Source: Clostridia bacterium (lineage in GTDB: Bacteria > Bacillota > Clostridia > Christensenellales > DTU072). From it: a stretch of 64,000 nucleotides of DNA. The position numbers and the translations under genes were made by a program. Shown piece by piece: positions 11,009 to 24,837 of the stretch (its first letter is position 1; the number at the start of each line of letters is the position of its first letter). The DNA lies in NCBI GenBank assembly GCA_017504305.1, contig JAFVRJ010000008.1, positions 3,477 through 67,476 on the forward strand, given 5' to 3'. The notes beneath the pieces are model-generated. The model saw only the letters and a list, made by a program, of their open reading frames with translations, was not told the DNA's origin and did no database searches.

Positions 11009-11047
11009 TCCCCAAACTGCCTTCATATAATAATATACCGAGGTGGC

Positions 11048-11830
11048 ATGTTATTTTATAAAATGAACGGTTTGGGTAACGATTACATATTTATTGATAC
11101 CGAAAAGGTCAATAAACGTGAATTGGATTTTTTATATGATAATCTAAATTCCGTTATTGTAAGACTCTCCGATAGGCACTTTGGAATCGGCGGTGACGGC
11201 GTTGTAATAATTGGAAGCTCTGATACCGCGGATGCCAAAATGCGCATTTTCAACGCTGATGGTTCGGAGGGGAAAACTTGCGGTAACGCGTTAAGATGCG
11301 TGGGTAAGTTATTAAGCGATAAGAGTTCAGGTCGCCTAAAAGAAATGGCTATAGAAACTCTTTCCGGTATCAAATCCTTAATGATAATCGAAAACAGTAA
11401 AGTTAACGCAACGGTTAAAGTCAATATGGGCTTTTGTAACCACTACAGGAGCGAAAAAGACTTTGACTACGTGGACGTCGGTAATCCTCACGCAGTATTG
11501 TATTGTAACGTACTTGATGATAATGCTATTATCGAGGCTAAAAAGATTTCCGATCGATACGACGTTAACGCAGAAATTGTAAAGGTTTTAAATCACGATC
11601 AAATAGAGATGCGAGTTTGGGAACGTGGCTCCGGCGAAACGTTAGCATGCGGAAGTGGTGCTTGTGCCGTAACCTACTCGGCTCACAAACGTGGTTTGAT
11701 CAAAAATAAAATCGAAGTTATGCTTAAGGGTGGCATACTTCACACGGAGCTCATCGATAATATCATTTATATGACAGGGCCTACCGCATTAAACTTTATA
11801 GGAGAAATTAATATATACAACTATGGTTAA
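11048..11830 (+). CDS. dapF: Diaminopimelate epimerase
   Basis: 'GLGNDYIFID' and catalytic Cys motifs 'CGNALRC' and 'ACGSGA'. Confidence 0.9.
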   Translation: MLFYKMNGLGNDYIFIDTEKVNKRELDFLYDNLNSVIVRLSDRHFGIGGDGVVIIGSSDTADAKMRIFNADGSEGKTCGNALRCVGKLLSDKSSGRLKEMAIETLSGIKSLMIIENSKVNATVKVNMGFCNHYRSEKDFDYVDVGNPHAVLYCNVLDDNAIIEAKKISDRYDVNAEIVKVLNHDQIEMRVWERGSGETLACGSGACAVTYSAHKRGLIKNKIEVMLKGGILHTELIDNIIYMTGPTALNFIGEINIYNYG

Positions 11831-13007
11831 GATTAATCAAAATTATTTTGCATTAAAAGAGAGTTACTTATTTTCAACTACCGCTCGTAAGATAAGAGAA
11901 TATCAAGCAGCAAATCCGGATAAACCCGTTATTAAAATGGGTATCGGTGACGTAACCAAGCCTTTGACGCCTTCCGTAGTTAAAGCTCTTGAAAAAGCAA
12001 GTGCCGAAATGGGTGTTGCTGAAACCTTCCGCGGATATGGTGACGAGCAAGGTTATGCTTTTTTACGTAACGCAATCGTAGATTACTATAAAAAAATAGG
12101 TAACGTTACTCTTGAAGCTGACGAAATATTTGTAGCTGACGGCGCAAAAAGCGACATCGCTAACTTTACCGATTTGTTCTCTAACGATAACGTAATAGTT
12201 ATACCAGATCCCGTATACCCTGTATATCTTGATAGCAACATGATGCTCGGTAGAAAGATCGTTTATATCGAGGGTAATGAAGAAAACGGTTTCTTGCCCA
12301 TGCCTTATGAAGGATTGGAAGGGGATATCGTTTATCTTTGCTCACCAAATAATCCTACCGGTGCGGTCTATACCCGTGAGCAATTGAAGGTTTGGGTTGA
12401 TTTTGCTATTGCAAATAATATGCTACTTTTCTTTGATGCTGCATACGAAGCGTTTATAGCAGATAAAACACTCCCGCGCTCTATATATGAAGTGGAAGGG
12501 GCAAGAAAGTGTGCTGTAGAATTCTGCTCTTTATCTAAAACGGCAGGATTCACTGGTACTCGTTGCGGTTACACTGTCGTACCGAAGGATATTGAAATCG
12601 AAGGCAGATCGCTTAATAAGATGTGGCTCCGTAGACAAACTACAAAGTTTAACGGCACCTCTTATATTGTACAACGCGGTGCAGAAGCAGTATTTGGCGA
12701 CGAGGGCATTCGCGATTGTTATGCTAACATTGAATACTATAAAGAAAACGCACGTATCATTACCAAAGCACTTGACGAGGTAGGCGTATGGTACACGGGC
12801 GGTCTTAACTCACCTTACGTATGGCTTAAGTGTGGTATGGATTCATGGGAGTTCTTTGATCTCTTATTAAACGACGCTCAAGTAGCAGGCACTCCCGGTA
12901 GTGGCTTTGGTAAGTGTGGTGAGGGGTACTTCCGTTTAACTGCATTTAATACTCACGAGAACACCATTGAGGCTATGGAAAGAATTAAGAAGATATTTAA
13001 AAAATAG
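11823..13007 (+). CDS. dapL: LL-diaminopimelate aminotransferase
   Basis: Class I aminotransferase with PLP-lysine motif 'SLSKTAGFTGTRCGY' and an N-terminus typical of DapL. Overlaps the dapF stop. Confidence 0.85.
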   Translation: MVKINQNYFALKESYLFSTTARKIREYQAANPDKPVIKMGIGDVTKPLTPSVVKALEKASAEMGVAETFRGYGDEQGYAFLRNAIVDYYKKIGNVTLEADEIFVADGAKSDIANFTDLFSNDNVIVIPDPVYPVYLDSNMMLGRKIVYIEGNEENGFLPMPYEGLEGDIVYLCSPNNPTGAVYTREQLKVWVDFAIANNMLLFFDAAYEAFIADKTLPRSIYEVEGARKCAVEFCSLSKTAGFTGTRCGYTVVPKDIEIEGRSLNKMWLRRQTTKFNGTSYIVQRGAEAVFGDEGIRDCYANIEYYKENARIITKALDEVGVWYTGGLNSPYVWLKCGMDSWEFFDLLLNDAQVAGTPGSGFGKCGEGYFRLTAFNTHENTIEAMERIKKIFKK

Positions 13008-13051
13008 TTAAATAGTATCCTCGGATACAAAATAGCTATAATTTGATGATT

Positions 13052-13083
13052 AATGCGTGACCACAAGTGTCACGCATTTCTTA
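13052..13083 (+). terminator. Rho-independent terminator after dapL
   Basis: Hairpin aatgcgtgac...gtcacgcatt followed by a T-rich tail. Confidence 0.65.
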
Positions 13084-13105
13084 CGTTAAGCATTAATATT
13101 TGTTA

Positions 13106-16226
<3,121 letters not shown>

Positions 16227-16227
<1 letters not shown>

Positions 16228-17372
16228 TGAGAGGCCTTGTCCTTGAAGGTGGAGGAGCCAAAGGCTCCTTCCACGTCGGCGCTCTTAAAGCGCTTTACGA
16301 AAGGGGTTATACCTTCGATGGAGTAACGGGTACGTCGATAGGGGCGTTAAACGGCGCTTTTATCGCTCAAAACGATTTCGATACGCTATACGAAGTATGG
16401 TATAATGCAACACCCTCGATGCTTTTTGAAGTCGATGAAAGTATGTTTTGTCGTATTCTTAACAAAGATTACGATAAAGACGTATTCAAATATGCCTTTA
16501 GGCTTTTTAAATCTACTTTATCAACTAATGGGGTGCCCCTTGACAAAGCGCAGGCACTCCTTGCTAAATATATCGATGAAGATAGAATTAGAAAGTCCAA
16601 TATCGACTTTGGTATCGTTACTGTATTGACTTCCGACGATTGGAAGCCTCTTGAATTATTTAAAGAGGATATTCCAGAAGGCGAACTAAAGGATTACTTG
16701 TTAACCAGTGCATATTTACCGATTTTCAATCGTCCTTTAGTCGGTGGCAAGCAATATCTTGACGGCGGTTTATATGATAATTGTCCGGTAAATCCGCTCA
16801 TTTATCGTGGTTATGATAACATTATTGCGATACGAACGGGCAGTAATATGCCAAGGCAACAGGTTATCGATGGTACGGTAAAAGTTGATTACATCGAGCC
16901 CTCGGATACACTTGGTAAACTACTTGATTTCAGGACGGAGCGAATTAGAGAAAACATCCGTCTTGGATACTTTGATGCATTGAGGTATACCGACCGTTTG
17001 CTCGGCGTTAAGTACTACGTTAAGCCGTTATCGCGTGCCGAAGGTATTAACTTTATTGAGAATTTAGGTCATAACGTATATGTTGAGTGGGCAAAAATCT
17101 TAGGTGTTACAGGTACTCGACAAGAATTGCTTTCTCGAGCAATCGAAGCGGTTACGTACGAACTTGGCTTGAATTGGAATCTTGAAAAAGTAGACGTTAT
17201 AATTGCTATTCTTGAATCCGTTGCGTTAGATTTAAATTTGGAAAAATTCAAAATTTATAGCTTGGATGAGTTTATTAAGGCAATCATAGAAAATTGGAGA
17301 GCCGATTATAAACCAAAACACGAGTTAAGTTATAACTTGGTTAAAATATTGATTGAAAATTACGTTAATTAG
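16227..17372 (+). CDS. Patatin-like phospholipase
   Basis: Oxyanion 'LEGGGAKG', lipase serine 'GTSIGA' (GxSxG) and downstream 'DGG'. The start overlaps the lacZ stop. Confidence 0.85.
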
Positions 17373-17383
17373 GAGATAGTAAA

Positions 17384-18538
17384 ATGAAATCTTTACAATC
17401 CGACGTAGCAACAAAAGACAAAATTTTAAGCACAATAAAATTTCTTTCAAAACGCTGGTTTATTGATGCGTTTACCGGCATGGCACAGGGCTTGTTTTGT
17501 ACGCTTATAGCAGGTACTATTCTTGCTCAATTCGGAGGATGGATTCTTTCCGCCGGTACAGAGGCAGGTATTGCCGTCGGTACTTTTGTAAATAGCGTAG
17601 CAAATATTGCCAAAATGCTAATGGGCGCAGGGATTGGCGTTGGTATTGCCAACCAATTAAAAGCACCTAAACTCGTTATGTTTACAGCGGCAGTTGCCGG
17701 CTTAGCAGGCGCTTTTTCTGATAAAATTATAGCAGGTGCTTTTGTTGCAAGTTTTGCTCCCGGTAATCCTATAGGTTCTTACATCGTTAGCTTAATCACT
17801 ATCGAAATCGGTATGTTGATTTGCGGTAAAACAAAACTTGATATAGTAGTGGTTCCGCTTTCTATGATGATTCTTGCAATGCTATCCCTTTACGTTGCAT
17901 GGCCCTTTATTCAATTTGTTAATCTATTGAGTCAAGGCATTGCGCTTGCAACTGATATCGCTCCGTTTGCTATGGGTATAATAGTAGCGGTTGTAATGGG
18001 TATACTTTTGACGTTACCGACTTCATCTGCAGCGATGTGGGTTGCTATTGCAACGCCTATACTTACTTCCTCGACGGCGACGCCCGAAGTTATCAACGCT
18101 ATGTATTTGGCCGGTGGGGCTGCAACCGTTGGTTGCGCCTGCCAAATGGTAGGATTTGCGGTACAAAGTTTCCGCGAAAACAAGTGGGGTGGTTTGATTG
18201 CACAAGGACTTGGCACTTCGATGTTACAAATTCCCAATTTAATGCGTCATCCTATGATAATTGTTCCCCCGATTATAGCAAGTGCAATAGCAGGGCCTCT
18301 TTCGACGGTTGTGTTTAAATTGCGTTGCGGTGCAGCCGGCGGTGGTATGGGAACTTCCGGTTTGGTTGGCGTTTTTGACGTAATCAGTGCATCTTCAGGC
18401 GTTATTGCCGATTGGCAAATCGGTGTGGGAATTACCGTTTGTATGTTTATTATTCCGGTTGTCGTATGCGTTGTTGTTAGCGAAATCTTCCGCAAATATA
18501 AGTTGATCAACTATGGTGATATGCAGTTAGACTTATAA
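17384..18538 (+). CDS. Polytopic membrane protein, PTS EIIC_2-like
   Basis: 384 aa that is almost entirely hydrophobic and Gly/Ala-rich. It resembles the PTS_EIIC_2 family. There are no EIIA/EIIB genes nearby. Confidence 0.55.
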   Translation: MKSLQSDVATKDKILSTIKFLSKRWFIDAFTGMAQGLFCTLIAGTILAQFGGWILSAGTEAGIAVGTFVNSVANIAKMLMGAGIGVGIANQLKAPKLVMFTAAVAGLAGAFSDKIIAGAFVASFAPGNPIGSYIVSLITIEIGMLICGKTKLDIVVVPLSMMILAMLSLYVAWPFIQFVNLLSQGIALATDIAPFAMGIIVAVVMGILLTLPTSSAAMWVAIATPILTSSTATPEVINAMYLAGGAATVGCACQMVGFAVQSFRENKWGGLIAQGLGTSMLQIPNLMRHPMIIVPPIIASAIAGPLSTVVFKLRCGAAGGGMGTSGLVGVFDVISASSGVIADWQIGVGITVCMFIIPVVVCVVVSEIFRKYKLINYGDMQLDL

Positions 18539-18546
18539 GGTGATTA

Positions 18547-21150
18547 ATGACCAAGATTCTACTATTAGATAGCAATAGCTTAATAAATCGTGCCTTTTAC
18601 GCATTACCTCCTCTCGAAAATAAGAAAGGGGTGGTTACCAATGCAATATTTGGTTATCTCTCGATGCTTGCAAGATTAATAGTCGATCACGAGCCGACTC
18701 ACGTTTGTGCCGTTTTCGACTTAAAAGCACCTACTTTTAGACATTTAAGATACGATCAGTATAAGGCTACTCGTAAGCCGATGCCTCACGAGCTTGCAAG
18801 TCAACTACCGATACTAAAAGAGCTACTTAAGGAGCTTGGCGTTAAGATTTGTGAGAAAGAAGGCTTTGAAGCCGATGATATTATCGGTACTATTGCAAAG
18901 CGTTACGACCGCGACACAATTATAGTAAGTGGCGACAGGGACGTATTACAACTCGTTGATGAAAATACCACCGTATTCAATACCAAACGCGGTGTTACAG
19001 ATATCAAGGTATATACTCCCGAAAGTATGGCGGAAGAGGACTTTACGGCAGATAAAGTTATAGAGTATAAGGCTTTAGCGGGGGACACCTCCGATAATAT
19101 ACCGGGTTGCCCTGGCGTTGGAGAAAAAACCGCTCTCAATCTTTTGCGCGACTACGGCAATCTTGACGGAGTTTACCAAAACGTAGACTCAATCAAAGGA
19201 AAACTTGGAGAACGTTTGCGTGATAACAAAGAGTTGGTTTATTTGTCAAAGGAGCTTGCTACTATCAATACCAAAGTTCCGCTTGACGTTACGTTGGATG
19301 AATTAGAGTTTAACAAGGATGCCATTGGCGATGAGTTTTTTGCGCACCTAAATGAGCTTGAGTGTTTTAAGCTTATTCATCGATTTGATTTCAAAAAACG
19401 CTTTGAGGGTAAAGACGTCACAAAAGTGCTTTCTCAAGCGACCAAAGTTAAACCTTTGGGTGATGAAAGCTTGCCGTTCGACACGCTACCAAAAACGGTT
19501 GAGGTTAAGGAAGTATCGGACGTAACGGAGCTTAATAAACTCTTAAATGGAGCGTCTAACGTTATAGCGGTAGATTTTGGTCAAGATATAACCTTTACTT
19601 TTGATGGACAAACGGAATATAAAGTCGTATGTCAACAAACGTTATTGGATTTAGGCTTGAATTATGATCAAGCGGTTGACTGTTTTAGAGAGATACTACA
19701 AAGTTCCATTAAGAAAGTAATGTTTGACGTCAAAGACAAGATGCACGCATTATCTGCTTATGGTATTGAAATCGCACCACCGTATGATGACGTTCTTCTT
19801 AAGTCTTATTTGTCAAATTCAAATTATACTTATAAGAGCGTAAGTGAGTTGATGGCGGCTAACGGTTATACTGAAGTGGCTTGTGCTTTATATTCCCTCA
19901 ATTCAAAGTTGAGCTTGGAGCTTAAAGAAAAAGATCTTCAAAAGCTGTATGACGATATTGAACTCCCTCTCATAAAAGTTTTATTCGATACCGAAACCAA
20001 CGGCTTTAGCGTAGACATAGACGTTCTTGATAAATTATCTATAAAATATACCGAAGAAATTAGGAGCTTAACTGAAGAAATTTACGCCTTAACAGGGGAG
20101 TCGTTTAATATTAACTCGGTACAACAACTCGGCGAAATCCTCTTTGAGAAGCTTGGTTTGCCTCATGGCAAAAAGACAAAGACGGGCTATAGCGTTGCTG
20201 CCGAAATTTTAGAAGAAATCGATCATCCCGTTGTAACCTTAATACTTCGTTATCGTCAACTCAAGAAGTTGCAGTCTACCTATATCGACGGTATGCGCGG
20301 TTTAATAAATCGTACTACCGGTAAAGTTCATACCATTTTTAAACAGTGCTTGACTACCACCGGAAGACTTTCTTCAACCGAACCCAATTTGCAAAACATA
20401 CCGATCAGAACGGAGGAAGGCAGAGAAATTCGACGCATGTTCGTGCCGTCAAAGGGCAACGTTTTGGTATCTGCCGATTACTCACAGATAGAGCTTCGTT
20501 TGCTTGCTCATTTTAGCGAGGATGAGGTTTTACTTAACGCATATCGAAACGGCGACGATATCCATGCTTTAACTGCTGCAAAAATTCATGACGTTCCACT
20601 TGATGAGGTAACTAAATCCATGCGCCGTAGCGCCAAGGCGGTTAACTTTGGTATTATTTACGGCATAAGTGCCTTTGGACTTGCCAAAAACATAGGCATA
20701 CGTCCTTATGAAGCTAAAGTATTTGTAGAGAAATATTTTGAGACTTACCCCTCCGTTAAAGCTTACATGGATAGCAACGTCAAAGAGGCTGACGATAAGG
20801 GCTATATCAGAACGATAGGCGGTAGAGTAAGGTACTTCCCGGAATTCCGTTCTTCTAATAAAAATATTAGAGAATTCGGTAAGCGTGCAGCTATGAATAT
20901 GCCTTTACAAGGCTCAGCTGCAGACATTATGAAAATTGCTATGATAAAGGTTTATAACGCGCTCAAAGAGGGCGGTTATAAAGCTCAAATTATACTGCAA
21001 GTTCACGATGAACTGGTTATAGATTGTCCCGCGTCTGAAGTAAAAGAGGTAAAACAACTTTTGGTTAATTGCATGGAGGGTGCGGTAAGCCTCAACGTGC
21101 CGTTAATTGCAGACGCCAAAGAAGGTAACGATTGGTATTCCGTTGAATAA
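18547..21150 (+). CDS. polA: DNA polymerase I
   Basis: N-terminal 5' nuclease domain. Pol motif A 'VSADYSQIELRLLAH', motif B 'RRSAKAVNFGIIYG' and motif C 'LQVHDELV'. Confidence 0.95.
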   Translation: MTKILLLDSNSLINRAFYALPPLENKKGVVTNAIFGYLSMLARLIVDHEPTHVCAVFDLKAPTFRHLRYDQYKATRKPMPHELASQLPILKELLKELGVKICEKEGFEADDIIGTIAKRYDRDTIIVSGDRDVLQLVDENTTVFNTKRGVTDIKVYTPESMAEEDFTADKVIEYKALAGDTSDNIPGCPGVGEKTALNLLRDYGNLDGVYQNVDSIKGKLGERLRDNKELVYLSKELATINTKVPLDVTLDELEFNKDAIGDEFFAHLNELECFKLIHRFDFKKRFEGKDVTKVLSQATKVKPLGDESLPFDTLPKTVEVKEVSDVTELNKLLNGASNVIAVDFGQDITFTFDGQTEYKVVCQQTLLDLGLNYDQAVDCFREILQSSIKKVMFDVKDKMHALSAYGIEIAPPYDDVLLKSYLSNSNYTYKSVSELMAANGYTEVACALYSLNSKLSLELKEKDLQKLYDDIELPLIKVLFDTETNGFSVDIDVLDKLSIKYTEEIRSLTEEIYALTGESFNINSVQQLGEILFEKLGLPHGKKTKTGYSVAAEILEEIDHPVVTLILRYRQLKKLQSTYIDGMRGLINRTTGKVHTIFKQCLTTTGRLSSTEPNLQNIPIRTEEGREIRRMFVPSKGNVLVSADYSQIELRLLAHFSEDEVLLNAYRNGDDIHALTAAKIHDVPLDEVTKSMRRSAKAVNFGIIYGISAFGLAKNIGIRPYEAKVFVEKYFETYPSVKAYMDSNVKEADDKGYIRTIGGRVRYFPEFRSSNKNIREFGKRAAMNMPLQGSAADIMKIAMIKVYNALKEGGYKAQIILQVHDELVIDCPASEVKEVKQLLVNCMEGAVSLNVPLIADAKEGNDWYSVE

Positions 21151-21719
21151 TGAAGATAGCTATTGTAGGTGGAATAGGCACCGGTAAGTCTACGGTGATG
21201 AAAATAATTAAGGAGCTCGGCGGTAACACTATTTTAACCGACGAGCTTAACCGTACGCTTTTATCGGATCCTAAATACGTTAAGCTGATTGACGTTAACT
21301 TTAAGGGCGTTGTTAACGACAATGTAATTGATAAAGCTAAGCTTAAAAATATAATTTTTAACGATGACGTTGCTCGCCAAAAGCTAAATTCAATTGCCCA
21401 TCCGCTCATATATAAAATGATCGACCAAATGACCGCGAAAAACGGGCTTTATTTTGTTGAAATCCCTTTGTTTGAGGAATCGTCCAAAGCCATAGTATTT
21501 GATAAAATTTGCGCCGTCAAAGCCTCGCGACTATTAAGGGCTAAAAGAGTATCTGCTCGCGATAACATATCGGAAGAGAATGCCCTTAAAATTATTGATT
21601 TACAATCAAAGGAAGAGCGTGTTTACGATTATGCCGATTACGTCATTGAAAACGACGGCAATTACGATAATCTATATTTAAAAGTTAAAGATTTCTATTC
21701 ACAATGCAAGATAGGGTAA
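21150..21719 (+). CDS. coaE: Dephospho-CoA kinase
   Basis: P-loop 'GGIGTGKST'. Conserved polA-coaE adjacency. Confidence 0.85.
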   Translation: MKIAIVGGIGTGKSTVMKIIKELGGNTILTDELNRTLLSDPKYVKLIDVNFKGVVNDNVIDKAKLKNIIFNDDVARQKLNSIAHPLIYKMIDQMTAKNGLYFVEIPLFEESSKAIVFDKICAVKASRLLRAKRVSARDNISEENALKIIDLQSKEERVYDYADYVIENDGNYDNLYLKVKDFYSQCKIG

Positions 21720-22978
21720 TTTTACATTGTGATTTAAATAATTTTTACGCATCGGTTGAGCAGGTGTTAAACCCCGATCTTATAGGCAAACCGATTGCAG
21801 TTTGTGGCGATCCCGAAAAACGTCACGGCATTGTGCTTGCAAAGTCTACCGTTGCCAAACAAGCAGGCGTTCAGACGGCAGAGCCAATTTGGCAAGCAAA
21901 AAGAAAATGCCCCGATCTTATTATTGTTCCACCTCATTATAACGAGTACGTTAAGTATTCGAAAATCGTTAGAGAAATCTACGTAGAATTTACAGCGGAA
22001 GTTGAAAGCTTCGGCTTGGATGAGTGTTGGCTTGACGTAACGGGCTCGCAAAAATTATTTGGGACTCCCAAGGAAATTGCCGAAAAGATCCGTGAAGAAG
22101 TCAAACGTCGTACCGGTGGCTTAACCGTTTCAATAGGCGTATCATTTACAAAGGTATTTGCAAAACTTGGTAGTGATTTAAAAAAGCCCGATGCCGTTAC
22201 CGTGATTGATCGAAACAACTACAAAAAGGTTGCTTGGAGTTTGGACGTTGGCGAGATGCTTTACGTTGGTAGATCCACTCGACAAAAATTAAAAATGCTC
22301 AATATTAATACTATTGGCGACCTTGCTAATGCCGATACGGCGTTAATTAAGCGTTTATTTGGTAAAAGCGGTGAAAGTATGCTCCAAAATGCCCGCGGGA
22401 TCGAAACCGACGCTGTCCGTTGTTATACCGATAGACACATACCCGAAAGTATTGGTAATGGAACGACTACTCCGGATGATATTGCAAGTAGGATGGATGC
22501 GTCTTCGGTGATTTACGCTTTAAGTGAAATGGTCGCGTTTAGGATGCGTTCTCACGGCGCGGTTGGCGACGTGGTTACTATTTCAGTGCGAGATAAAGAA
22601 CTAAAGCATTGCTCCAGACAAGCCAAATTACATACGCCTACAAATGCTTCCGACGTTATTGCTAAAAAAGCTCTTGCGTTATTAGACGAGTTTTATGATT
22701 TTAGACGCAAACTCCCCATTAGAACAATAACCGTTACGATGCACGGCTTATCTATGGGTGGAGATTTTATTCAAGTTGATTTTTTGGATGATAGTAATGA
22801 TAAGAACGAAAAGCTTGATCAAGCCATTGATAAATTACGTAGTAAATTCGGTTATAACATTATAAAAAGGGCTTTGAATATAGGTACTATCTATAGTTGT
22901 GATAGGAGCGATGATGAAGAAGATTTTATACCCTTTGACAAACGCATGAATGCTCAAGAAGGGGATAAAATTTTATAA
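21704..22978 (+). CDS. dinB: Y-family DNA polymerase (Pol IV / ImpB-UmuC type)
   Basis: 'ILHCDLNNFYASVE' and 'GLDECWLDVT'. 424 aa. Confidence 0.85.
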   Translation: MQDRVILHCDLNNFYASVEQVLNPDLIGKPIAVCGDPEKRHGIVLAKSTVAKQAGVQTAEPIWQAKRKCPDLIIVPPHYNEYVKYSKIVREIYVEFTAEVESFGLDECWLDVTGSQKLFGTPKEIAEKIREEVKRRTGGLTVSIGVSFTKVFAKLGSDLKKPDAVTVIDRNNYKKVAWSLDVGEMLYVGRSTRQKLKMLNINTIGDLANADTALIKRLFGKSGESMLQNARGIETDAVRCYTDRHIPESIGNGTTTPDDIASRMDASSVIYALSEMVAFRMRSHGAVGDVVTISVRDKELKHCSRQAKLHTPTNASDVIAKKALALLDEFYDFRRKLPIRTITVTMHGLSMGGDFIQVDFLDDSNDKNEKLDQAIDKLRSKFGYNIIKRALNIGTIYSCDRSDDEEDFIPFDKRMNAQEGDKIL

Positions 22979-23473
22979 TTTTTTCGGTAGATACTTAATT
23001 AAAACGTACGTTATTACACCGGTAGCAAGACCGGCTAAAAATCCTGTTAAGGCAAGTTGAGGTGCAAGGCCAATAACGCTTAAAGTTTCAGTCATTATGA
23101 GCGCTACCGCCAATTGAGTAAGGTTATGAACAACCGCGCCGACTATTGATACCGTCGGTATTCCTACCTTTTTAGTGTATAGCAGAAGGAAAATTATCAG
23201 TAACGAAACTACCGCTGCGCTTAACGAGTAGATTATCATTATCGGATTGCCGATAAATAGGGGCACCAATATTGATTTTAGAGCGGTGATGATAAGCGCC
23301 GGTGCAAAGCCAAGAGTAACCAACGTAAATACTATAACAACGTTTGAAAAACCTATTCTAACGAAAGGTAGCGTTGGGAATATCGGAGGGATAGAGTGTT
23401 CGATTGCGCCGATAATTAATGCAAGAGCAAGCAGTAAGCCGGTAAGCGCGATTTTTTTTGTATTATTCTTCAT
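22973..23473 (-). CDS. Small polytopic membrane protein, Gx transporter / Hpre_diP_synt_I-like
   Basis: 166 aa with ~5 TM segments. Overlaps the upstream NusG_II-like gene by 11 nt. Confidence 0.55.
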   Translation of the reverse strand: MKNNTKKIALTGLLLALALIIGAIEHSIPPIFPTLPFVRIGFSNVVIVFTLVTLGFAPALIITALKSILVPLFIGNPIMIIYSLSAAVVSLLIIFLLLYTKKVGIPTVSIVGAVVHNLTQLAVALIMTETLSVIGLAPQLALTGFLAGLATGVITYVLIKYLPKKL

Positions 23474-23882
23474 AAGCGCCTCCGGTTACTATTACCTCAT
23501 CATTTTCCCCTTCAATAGTGACGGTAAGCTTGTTTGGAGTGCATACAATGCGCTCACCGACCATTTTAATTTTACCTGAATTAACACAGATTTGAGTAGG
23601 GCAATCGCTATCTAAAATATAAACTTGACCGTCCTCGACAACCAAATGCATTTTCTCATCCAATAAACCTACTTTTACGTTCTTGTTTAGATCGTATCTG
23701 CCGATGATTTGACCTTGGTGATATACTATTGCATAACTACCTTCTCCTCTAAAAGTAAAAGCGCAAGAAAGTATAATTGCAACCAAAAGTATTGCAATTA
23801 TGATTGCATCTAAAGCATAAAATAATTTACTTTTACGGTAAAATTCAATTAAGCTTTTCGAGGGAGTGGTCGTTGATTTCAA
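23463..23882 (-). CDS. NusG domain II-containing membrane-anchored protein
   Basis: N-terminal TM plus a beta-rich domain with 'CPTQICVNSGKI...GERIVCTPNKL'. Confidence 0.6.
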   Translation of the reverse strand: MKSTTTPSKSLIEFYRKSKLFYALDAIIIAILLVAIILSCAFTFRGEGSYAIVYHQGQIIGRYDLNKNVKVGLLDEKMHLVVEDGQVYILDSDCPTQICVNSGKIKMVGERIVCTPNKLTVTIEGENDEVIVTGGAYEE

Positions 23883-24837
23883 AAGAAGTATCTCCTACGG
23901 TATAATAGCCGTTTTCAGTAATTATGAGTGCAGAGCAATCATAATGAGATAATAGGCTGATACTATTTTCATACCCTAGCACGAATACCGCGGTTGACAA
24001 AGCATCCGCAATTGTGGCACTTTCCCCTACGATGGTGACGGAGTGAACGGGATCGTCTTGAAAGATGCCTGCGGGATATCCATTTTTGTCAATGATATGG
24101 TGATAACGTTTATCGTTTACCATATAAAAACGCTCGTAGTCACCGCTTGTTGCAACTGCTTGGTTATTGAGCGTAGCCGAAGCTACATAATCATTGCCAC
24201 GAGGCGAGGCAATTAGCAAGTTAATGGAATCTTTTATTTTAAACGTTCTACCAACGTCTATAACCGATTTTTTTGAGTCTGATGCTACTTCGTATGCTTT
24301 ATCCGCAGCATACCCCTTTGCAATGGCGCCAAAATCCAACTTTGCATTGGCATTGAGCTTGGTAATGGTTTGATTTTGTTCATCTAAAACAAATTGTTCC
24401 AAACCGCAATAAGGAAGTATAGCATCAATTTCTTCGTTGCTCGGTATAGAATTGGCAACGCCAACGTAGGTTGAGGGCGAAAACTTCCAAAGCTCTGTTA
24501 GAGGAAAGGATGCCGGGTTAAAAGCTCCGTTTGATAGGTCGTAGATTTCTTTAGATATCTTAAATAACTCTATCGTGTATTTGCTAACTGTAATCGGTTG
24601 GTTTTCGGTAGCGTTGTTTATTAAATATAAATCGCTATCCGCTTTTGAGGTTGATAAAGCATTGTCAAGTTCAATAAATAGGCTATCGATTGATTTGCCA
24701 ATTTTTTGAGAACCGTAACCCTCTATTTTTATACTATAATAAGTGCCGAAAACATAGTTTTCAGCACGATAAGTACACCCACACAGCATTAAAACCGATA
24801 GGGTAATTATTAAAAATAGAGGAATAATCTTTTTCAT
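23845..24837 (-). CDS. apbE: FAD:protein FMN transferase (ApbE family) lipoprotein
   Basis: Lipobox 'VLMLCGC'. ApbE motifs 'DFGAIAKGYAADK', 'ATSGDYERF' and 'HHIIDKNGYP'. Confidence 0.85.
   Translation of the reverse strand: MKKIIPLFLIITLSVLMLCGCTYRAENYVFGTYYSIKIEGYGSQKIGKSIDSLFIELDNALSTSKADSDLYLINNATENQPITVSKYTIELFKISKEIYDLSNGAFNPASFPLTELWKFSPSTYVGVANSIPSNEEIDAILPYCGLEQFVLDEQNQTITKLNANAKLDFGAIAKGYAADKAYEVASDSKKSVIDVGRTFKIKDSINLLIASPRGNDYVASATLNNQAVATSGDYERFYMVNDKRYHHIIDKNGYPAGIFQDDPVHSVTIVGESATIADALSTAVFVLGYENSISLLSHYDCSALIITENGYYTVGDTSFEINDHSLEKLN

Noticed and set aside
21092-21409. 105-aa minus-strand ORF overlapping the polA/coaE junction, together with many other 60-130-aa antisense ORFs in the track (for example 1210-1458, 3191-3505, 13942-14331, 15505-15915, 59218-59685, 63399-63695).
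   Set aside because: All are embedded antisense within well-supported genes. They lack RBSs and have no recognisable motifs.
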